Source of the DNA: Octopus vulgaris
Lineage: Eukaryota
Length of the DNA stretch: 64,000 nucleotides
Direction of reading: 5' to 3'
NCBI GenBank assembly: GCA_951406725.2
Contig: OX597826.1
Coordinates: 50,902,001 to 50,966,000, forward strand
A program made the position numbers and the translations under genes. The notes below the pieces were generated by a model that saw nothing but the letters and a program-made list of their open reading frames with translations, was not told the origin of the DNA and made no database searches. The first letter of the stretch is position 1; each line of letters starts with the position of its first letter. Shown piece by piece: positions 55,124 to 64,000 of the stretch.

Positions 55124-55424
55124 TTCTAAATAAAGATAATATCCATATTTAAGTATCGATCTTATCAAGTGGCCAGCATGGGAAAAGAATACCATACAAA
55201 GGTAATAATTATTTAAAACTATAAATTAGGGTATCTGAGAGATACCACCACGCTGAAATAGCAGTCAAACCCTGAATTATCCAGAAAAATCTTTTTTGCT
55301 GGTTTGTTTTGTCTCTCTGTCTACTCTCCTGGTGCTATATGAACATTTAATGTGGCCTTAGGGTCAGGGTTTTGACTGCTATTTCAGCGTGGCGGTATCT
55401 CTCAAATACTCTAATTTATAGTTT

Positions 55425-55430
<6 letters not shown>
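55121..55430. mobile_element. Fold-back insert in (TA)n
   Basis: Inverted arms 55210-55275 / 55364-55430, a unique extension on one side, and (TA)n on both sides. Confidence 0.65.
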
Positions 55431-55470
<40 letters not shown>

Positions 55471-56884
55471 TATATTCAGTAGTCAAAGTAGACATATATA
55501 TACGTGTATGTAAATGTATCAAATACAACCGTACAAAACTCTGCATCTCCCATGTTGTATATGTATAATCTCAGTGTTTATTCTTGTTGACATGCATACA
55601 TAGTTACAATGCACCCAACATTTTTTTACTCCAGTAGATGTTATACGCGCGCGTATACATACATATCAGTTACGCTTGCTGAACAGAAAATATAGGTTAT
55701 ATCACGTTACAGTCACCAATACAAATTTATTTATAAAAACTAGTATACGCTGCAAACAAAGTAAACACTAGATGCAGCAACAGTACTGGAGTTAGCTGTG
55801 GGAGTACAACCACTTGCAGCAGCAGCTGTAGCAGTAGAATAAAATGAAAACAAAACATATTAACCTGCGGTAAAGATAGACATTTTTGAGACATCAGATA
55901 CTACTGCTGAGTCTATCAAAAACATATTTATCGACTTCTGGTATAAAATAATAATTTAGATGTTAGATCTATTGGCAAGTGTAGGGAAAGAGCGTGTGAA
56001 TGAAGTAATCAACAAAATGGATAGAGGTCAACTATTCAACTGATAATTAAAGCGATAAACAACTCTGGAAAAACAAGGCACAAGATTCAATTATGCAGTC
56101 AACTAACAGAGGCTGAATAACTGCTGAACTGAAAGAGAAACCACGTCCAGATAAACAATTTCAGGAAAGAAAGTTCAAGAAAAGAGAATTTAAAAACTCA
56201 ATATAAAGGTACACACTAGCGACCAACGAAAAATGAACCAGCCATCGAATTTGATAACGAAATGATAACGATAGACAACACTTCAAAAGAAAATTATTAG
56301 AAATATTGGATCAGTTTCTGCATGCTATTACACTGTCTATAATTATCCATGCTGTACTTTTACTCATTTCTGAATCCTTTGATTTCCAAATGTATTTGGA
56401 ATATGCAGTATCTTTCCTCAACATGTATCGATAGAATGAACTATTGTGTCAGTGCAAGCGGCTTCTTCATGTATTTTCGCTGAGTCATATATTGCCGGTT
56501 GAAGTGTTGTTGGACGATGCACCAACGTAATATATTAGGCTTCTTTTGAGGCATTTGAAACTGTTGCAGCATTGAAGCATGACCGATGAAAGGCAAACCC
56601 AACTCAAAGGAATCGAACTCATTTCAAGCTGCCGTTGAATACCAATTTCCCTGCTGGTCAACATCAAAAGCACCCCGCTCACTGATGTTTAACAAAAAGA
56701 ACGGATATCATCAACAAAACGACAATACACATAACCAACTGCATATCCAAACACTTTACAAGCCACACCATAAGCACACTATTAGTTCTATACCAGAACC
56801 ACTTACTGATGCCCATCCAAACACGTTGCAAACCACACTACGAATCGAAAGTTTCCAAACTTTATATATATATATCCTTAAATC

Positions 56885-57287
56885 CTTTAAAATGTTTCAG
56901 CCCGAGGGCTGTGGCCATGCTGGGGCACCACTGTTGAATGAGCTACACTAGTATGTGGAACCACCTCTGATACGTGGCACTTGATCAACAAGGGAGTTCG
57001 ATGCCGCTGCCCGCACCTGTATTTACTGCCGAGAGGTAGGTTCATCTGGGACCCCTGACAAGAAGAGATCCAGTTTAGTTTTAAAGAAACCCACATCCAC
57101 ACCATGCAGGTCTCTCAGGCATTTAGAAAGGATATTGAAGAGCTGTAGTCCTCCGAAACCCAGGCTGTTGCAGTATCTGGTCCTGTATTTTGATGGTGAT
57201 GTTGGGATCTTTGGCACCATGCAGTGGCGCCCCGTTCTGCTGTTGGGGTAACTTTGAATGCCAAAGTTTGAGACAAGACCCTCCAGG
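56885..57287 (-). mobile_element. CR1/L2-group LINE 3' end
   Basis: LEGLVSNFGIQSYPNSRTGRHCMVPKIP..FNILSKCLRDLHGVDVGFFKTKLDLFLSGVPDEP, then a 3' UTR hairpin. Confidence 0.85.
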
Positions 57288-57949
57288 TTCGGTCCGTCGA
57301 TGAAGAGTGAGGCTATCAGCGTGAATTGATGAGAATTGCAGGACTCAGGGAACACCGACACATTTGTTCGGCTAAAAGGCGGTGCACCAATATGGCCGCA
57401 GTCAAATCACTAAAACAAGTAAGAGAATAAAAGAATATTTGTATATATGCGCGTATATAAAAGGATGTACGGTATGTGAATGATACTTTTACGTACGTGT
57501 GAGTCGACACTTACCTCGGAATGCTGAATGTTAAAATACCTAAATTCTAATGAATCTTAAACCTGATTAGTCACAAACACTTTGAATGAGAAGTTTGTAT
57601 GAGATAGGACAGTTTCAAGGCAATGATAATGCAGGATGTGAAAGACAAGGATAACACACAAAACAATGGCACAGGTTGCATAAATAAAGTGATAATTAAA
57701 TATAATTTGACAATTGATATTGTTAATTGAGAAACACAAAACTGCAATTTGTTATAGTTATAACGTGGGATGCAAATGGGCGGTTGTGGCATCTGGCGAG
57801 AAGCGAATATTTGTCGCTGTCTACCGCCTGCCTTTGCTCACAATCATAATTAAAAACACGAACTTGGGAAATGTGTGTGTATTTGTTATATAATTCATTA
57901 CGATATATACGATGTGGCTTATTTATCCTTGGAAACGGTAATGGTGGTG

Positions 57950-57974
57950 GTGATGATTATGATGATGATGATGG

Positions 57975-58040
<66 letters not shown>

Positions 58041-58081
58041 CGATGATGGTGATGGTAATGATGATGATGGTGATGGTGATG

Positions 58082-58149
<68 letters not shown>
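57950..58149. repeat. (GAT)n/(GGT) trinucleotide tract
   Basis: Direct observation; gives the poly-D and poly-M ORFs. Confidence 0.97.
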
Positions 58150-58151
<2 letters not shown>

Positions 58152-58586
58152 AGTTCTCAGGAAAAGTCAGCATGACACAGGATGTAAATTGGTGTCTGTC
58201 CTTTGTCTGTCCTTGTTCGTCCCCTCTAAGTTTAGCCCCTTGTGGGCAATAAAGAAATAAGGATGTAAATTGGTGTAATAGTCATCCGCCGGTATGCCCG
58301 AACGATGCATACGTTGGAATAAATTCGAATATGAATTACATATAGTCATGATAGATTGCTCAATTTACCCCCGGTTCGGGTTAGGTACGTGATGTTGATA
58401 AGCCGCAAAAATAGAGAAATATCGATGTCCGTCGCTCCTGAATGGGACGAGTTGTCTCCTTTGTTTATGACTATGACTTGTAGGTGTTTTAATACCCGGC
58501 GCTTTAAGAGGGTCATCTCCAACGCTTACAAATGCAGACGACTGACGAACTAGCAGTGCACATACATTGTGTATATGTGGTCGATG

Positions 58587-58668
<82 letters not shown>

Positions 58669-59240
58669 ACACACACACACACACAATAATAATGATCACG
58701 ATTTTATTGTTATATACAGTATGACCTACATGTGTTTTATTAGTGATGGTTATTAAATACTTTTTTTATGTTTAGGCTATGTTATTCTATTTGTTATATC
58801 AAAATTGTTGCTGGGGTGTAACTATAATCCTAGATAGTCAACGCTCCAGCAACAATTGAGCTTGATTTAACAAACAGAACAACATAACCTAAACCATCGT
58901 TAATAATAACAAAACAAAAACCCTAACCAATGTATAATACAAATCATGAACATCCCAACCAAAAAATGAATATAAGCAAACATGAACCCTTCAATATAAA
59001 CACTACACTCGAGATCAAAAACATAACACACGCAACTGTTAAAACAAACAAAGAAACTTACAAAACAATAATTCCGACCTTAACCTATTTTAAGACTAAG
59101 CCCTAACTTCAGACAGCGACTGGAGTGAAGTTGAGGTCAACAGCACATACCTATGAATAACACCACCCCGACCTCCCACAGAACACTAATTAACAAAAAT
59201 TTACTTTAATCAGTTCACTTCGAGGATGACCTAATGGACG

Positions 59241-59324
59241 GACACTGACGAAGCGGTTCTGACAATATTGCAAGGTTACATTTGCAACAGTGAGTTGTCG
59301 AGCTGCGGAAACATGTGTAGGTCA
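59241..59324 (+). ncRNA. Hammerhead motif with long stem II and imperfect stem I
   Basis: CTGACGA-a GCGGTTC..GACAA..TTGTC GAGCTGC g-GAAAC-ATGT-GTA-GGTCA. Confidence 0.55.
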
Positions 59325-59447
59325 TTATAATATGCTGGATATAACTATAAAATAAATTTTGCGGATGCACAAGTCTCCATACTCTTTATTATTATTAATA
59401 TTATTATATACTCCAGACAATTTTCACCGTCCAGCGGAGAGTACACG

Positions 59448-59607
59448 CACTAGCGTAGCTAGAGTGTGTGCCGCCCGGGGCGGCCCTTCCGTTTGTCATC
59501 CCCGAACCCCACAAAAAACATATATTTCCTACAACAATAGCCTACAACAAGATGAGAAGTGCCGCCCAGGGCGGACCGCCCATTCCCCACTCCTATGTAC
59601 GTTAGTG
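59448..59607. mobile_element. hAT-type MITE, 160 bp
   Basis: TSD AGTACACG / AGTACACA. TIRs CACTAGCGTAGCTAG / CTATGTACGTTAGTG. Internal GTGCCGCCC(G/A)GGGCGG x2. Confidence 0.75.
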
Positions 59608-59759
59608 AGTACACAGAATTACCCATCGGAAGAATACACGGAGTGATTAGCAATTAAGTATAGACACAGACGTTAGATACTGATAGTTGTAGTTAGCCGT
59701 TAACTAGAATTTAACTGAAAGCTAATACGGTATCCGCCCGGATAATATATCCCGCCAAA

Positions 59760-59796
<37 letters not shown>

Positions 59797-59809
59797 ACAC
59801 ACACACACA

Positions 59810-59935
<126 letters not shown>

Positions 59936-60464
59936 CATTCACACACACATACAATTAGAATTGTTGCTGAAGTCAGCTAAAAGCAAAATTCTAAGCATAA
60001 TCAACAGAAAAGATGTTTTTGTCTTTATTACAAGATTCAGCGTATTATTTTGTTTAGTATTGCGATCTATATTTCAAGGTGAAAGACCGATCACTCGTCA
60101 AATGAATTTCCTCATATTTCTTACCAACCAGACTACTGTTTGGACACGTTACAATTGGTGTCCCTTATCTGGGCAAACATTCGCTTTGCTTAAGTTGAAC
60201 TCGGTGTCACCAACAACCGATCTTCAAGGTTTATTCTCTGACCTCATTGAAAAAAATCGATCCAGCCAGAGCATTCTGTTATCTGTTGTTATATTTCAAA
60301 CCTGTAATTGTGAAATCCATAAGTTCATTTAAACTGTTGTTTGTTTGACCGGAAGTAAAGAGTACGTTTGAAAGAAATGCAGTACCGGACCAATTTATCC
60401 GGTAAGCTTGATACCAGGTGCGTCCTGAATTCCTGGATTTTCCGGAGACAGTCTTTCCTCTTTA

Positions 60465-60667
60465 ACCTTTTACCTTTTTTTCAGTCATTCGACTGCGGTC
60501 ATACTGTGGTACCAGCTTAGAAGGAGTTTTAGTCGACCACAGTACTTATCTTCAAAAGGCTGACACTCTATCCGTTCTTTTGCCGAACCGCTAAGTTACG
60601 GGGAACTAAACAAACCAACACCAGTTGTTAAGCACTGGTCTCTCTTTCTCTCTCTCTCTCACTCACC

Positions 60668-60745
<78 letters not shown>

Positions 60746-60935
60746 TACACGCACGCACGCACAACGGGCTTCTTTCGATTTCCGTCTACAAAATCCGTTC
60801 ACAAAGCTTTGGTCGGTTCGGGACTTCGATTCGGAGCTGTTGTAGAAGGCACATGCCCAAGGTGTCACGCAGTGAGACAGAACCTGAGCCCATTCCGTTG
60901 CGAAGCAAAGTTTTTGCCACACAGCTATGCTTGCA
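60465..60935 (-). mobile_element. SINE family C, diverged
   Basis: Tail TCAGTCATTCGACTGCGGTCAT, internal (CA)n and head are recognisable. Confidence 0.7.
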
Positions 60936-62180
60936 TATAAATGTATACTTAAATTATACAATAAACTACGAAATATAAAGATTCTAATTAATACACTTCT
61001 AACGCGAGATCTACTTGATATTTATAAATCCACTTAAAATTCTTAAAATATATAATACTGTGCCATGTATACAGTATAACGTTTATAGGAGAAAAATTAA
61101 AGAAATAAATAAAAGAACATTATTTTATTTAACAGATACAAGTATAAATTAATACAGTGTATGTTTAAACTTTATCAATAATTAGAGAACGGAGCTATTT
61201 TTAAAACACTTTCTTATTTATTGTATCAACCGTGTGATTTACTAAAGGAGTCATTCTCGTCACCTCTCCTTCGCACGGTCGTTTACAAAATGGTGACCCC
61301 GACGTGATACGCGGTCGTACCTGACGTGATTCGAACACGCAGCCCGACGTTCGCGCGATCATTTTCCAAATTGATGACCCAGTACCAGCTTCATGACCAA
61401 CCGTTCTTTCTAATTTCACCTCTTCGCTACAGATATGTCTACCTTTTATCGTCTATTTTGTCTTTCACAAAATGACTGGGGTGGGGTGGGGGGGCTATCT
61501 GTAGCGTACGACTTGAGGAAAATTCCACTCTCTCTGTTATATATACATAAATACGGACGTAGTAGATAACAGCTAGCCTTCGGCGAACCTTTAGACCCTG
61601 TTGTGTCCACTGCTCTGATTAGTTGGTATTGGCGCAATTTGTCTCTTGTTCTATTGCGCGCCAAGATGCAACCCAACTAATGCAGCCTTCTGATAAGGTC
61701 ACGTGAGAAGTCTCTCCCAAACTTCCGGTGAGTCGATAGCACACTATAAAAAGCTAGCTTCACACCGTCTCGATGTCTTTCGATTCCAGACCTTTTACGG
61801 TCTAGCCACTGACCACACAGGACACAGCCAGTTCCAGCGACAACACAACAGCAGCCACATGGAGACTCAACTTCATCCAGCAGCATTCAGGACCACCATC
61901 TCTGTCGCCACCGTCTTCTTAACGTTGTCAACAATATCTCTCTACGTACATAGCAACTAGCAACCCCCGCACTGATTCTATCTCAACACTGTTTGTGAAT
62001 CACTTCACTATGGTTAGCAGCAAATACAACCTGCGAGAACTTCCTGTATCAAGTGACCGGCAGCAGCATAGTAGCCACAACTTCTTGTTACAGCACTTTA
62101 ACTATCGTGTACCTATTATCATCCTATAATATATCATATTATAGACTCTTTCAATGCTTTGTACTTAATGCACACACATA

Positions 62181-63450
62181 CGAGGGGCGTTCAATAAGTA
62201 ATGCCCCTGACCCACTTTCCATAGCAGTAGAGCAACGACACTTGGCACAGTTATTAGTCTTTTCCTACATAGGAACTACCCAGAGTTATGCATTTCTCCC
62301 ATCGTTTGATACAGCTCTGGAGACCGTTTTTGTAGAAGACCCCAGCTTGGTCCTCCAACCACGACGTGACTTCAGAAATCAAGGCTGCATCATCTGGGAA
62401 ACGCTTTCCTTTCAAAATCAACTTCATGGCTGGGAAGAGGTAAAAATCAGAGGGTGCAAGGGGAGGAGTTCATAGCTGCACGCCTGTGCTTCTGATCTGG
62501 CGACACGCGAGTTGTGGACCGGAGCGTTGTCCTGCAGGAGGAGGATGCCTTTGCTGATCTTGCCCCGCCTCTTGATTTTGATAGCTTCTCTTAATTTCCT
62601 CAAAAGTGAAGCATAATAGGCTCCTGTAATTGTAGTACCCTTTGCCAGGAAATCTGTCATCACTACTCTGTCCTGGTCCCATAAGACTGTGAGCATAACC
62701 TTGTCAGCGGAGGGCTGCACCCTTGCCTTCTTTGGAGGAGGTAAGTCACGGTGCTTTCACTGCATTGACTGGGCTTTGGTCTATGGATCATAGTGATGGA
62801 CCCAGGTTTTATCCTGTGTGATCAGTCTTTTAAAAATTTTGACTCATCTTCTTGGCACATCTCCAAATTCATCCTCGAGCACTCAACGCGTTCTTGCTTC
62901 TGGAAAGGTGTGAGCAACCCGGAAATCCATCTGGCAGACACCTTTTGCATATGCAAATGGTCATGAATGATAGTTTCCACAGACCCGGTACTATTCTTGA
63001 CCTTATGGGCTATTTGGCGAATAGTTATGCGTTGACCTTCCAAAATGGCAGCCTCAACTTGACGGACAGATGTCTCATCAACGGCAGAAGGGGGTGACCA
63101 GATCTGGGAGCTGTTTCCACAGAGTTCCGACTATGTTTGAATTCACAATGCCAGCGTTTTACAAGGTCATATGATGGGGCATCATCACCATAAGTTACTT
63201 TCATTTCATCAAAAGTCTCCCGTGGTGTGCGTCCTTTCAAATACAAAAACCAGATCACTGCTCGACACTCAACAGGCTCCATTTCACACTTGACTCAGTT
63301 CAAACACCTGTAAATCAGAAACCAGAAATTAGTTCAGAGCTGTAATTCGCCACTTACTCTATAGAGATATAAATGATTGCACATGCAAAATTTCAGCTAG
63401 ATCAAACAACTGCAAGTGGGTCAGGGGCATTACTTATTGAACGCCCCTCG
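62181..63450 (-). mobile_element. Near-full-length mariner transposon
   Basis: Perfect 37-bp TIRs CGAGGGGCGTTCAATAAGTAATGCCCCTGACCCACTT; TA duplicated on both sides; 1270 bp. Confidence 0.97.
62254..63282 (-). pseudogene. mariner DD34D transposase pseudogene (irritans-like, tentative)
   Basis: MEPVECRAVIWFLYLKG..; SARWISGLLT (WVPRLL-like); ITQDKTWVHHYDP*; KVMLTVLWD; LLLQDNAPVH; LAPSDFYLF. Frameshifts and stops present. Confidence 0.95.
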
Positions 63451-64000
63451 TACACTTTGTATACATGACGGCCTGTCTATTATTATTTATATATGACGTA
63501 TACACACACATGTTAACATATAAATAAAATCGCTTTAACATTCTACCCGATTGTGTCTCTTTTTCCTTCTGACGCTTATACTCATTTATCATTTTCGTAT
63601 TTATTGTATCGACCGTGTGGTGTACTAAAGGAGCCATCCTCATCACCTCTCCTCGCACGGTCGTTTACAACACTATATACAAATTAACCAACTTCAAAAG
63701 CAGGATCTGTTTACTCAGTGTAGATTACAATATATTCCACGTTGTTTCACAGTATTCTCGGATTTCTGGAAGCCGGATAAGAGGTCCAGTACTGCATATT
63801 ATCGAGCCAAGTGGCTTACCCTAGCGAGCATAAGTATATGCTGTTGGTGTTAACCTCAAAAGAAGGTTAGTTGATGTAAACTATTAATATGATTTACCTA
63901 CTGAAACGTTTACTCGCTGTCTTGGTAATTTAGATAAAATTGCTTATGACTGGCTATTCAAGATGATAGCCTTTCGTAGAGTGAGATGTTATACTACACT

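Larger units (their letters stand above)
61215..63669 (+). mobile_element. Miniature or deleted LTR retroelement: 5' LTR remnant, PBS, ~210-bp interior, PPT, and ~0.9-kb 3' LTR interrupted by a mariner
   Basis: 61215-61287 is repeated at 63598-63669 and both end TTTACA. PBS TGGTGACCCCGACGTGAT at 61291-61308. G-rich PPT at 61478-61494. The LTR starts TGTAGCG at 61500. TATAAAA at 61745; AATAAA at 63523. Confidence 0.8.

Noticed and set aside
57871-58260. Poly-Asp ORF resembling an acidic biomineralisation protein
   Set aside because: It is a (GAT)n tract ending in a SINE tail, with no signal peptide or splice support.

Overview
AT-rich, microsatellite-saturated eukaryotic DNA. The repeat vocabulary (tRNA-headed SINEs, dense TA/CA/TATG/GATA/ATT tracts) is most consistent with an octopod cephalopod; this is an inference, not a database match. 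I find no supportable host protein-coding exon, rRNA, true tRNA or CRISPR array. Almost all listed ORFs are translations of microsatellites or SINEs. The window is a mosaic of mobile-element remains: a Tigger/pogo end, a maT/DD37D-like end, a Chapaev-like fragment, two sister Helitrons tail-to-tail with Pif1-helicase pieces, three hAT-type MITEs with 8-bp TSDs, a near-full-length mariner nested in the LTR of a miniature LTR element with a reiterated tRNA-Trp primer site, two CR1/L2-type LINE 3' ends, and many SINE copies from several families. The most notable signal is a set of short fold-back inserts, mostly in (TA)n tracts, carrying type-I hammerhead-ribozyme motifs (CUGANGA...GAAA...UH), consistent with Penelope-like element termini. 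One is a perfect 67-bp-arm palindrome that encodes a hammerhead on both strands. Family assignments come from motif recognition by eye and need HMM or Repbase/Dfam confirmation.
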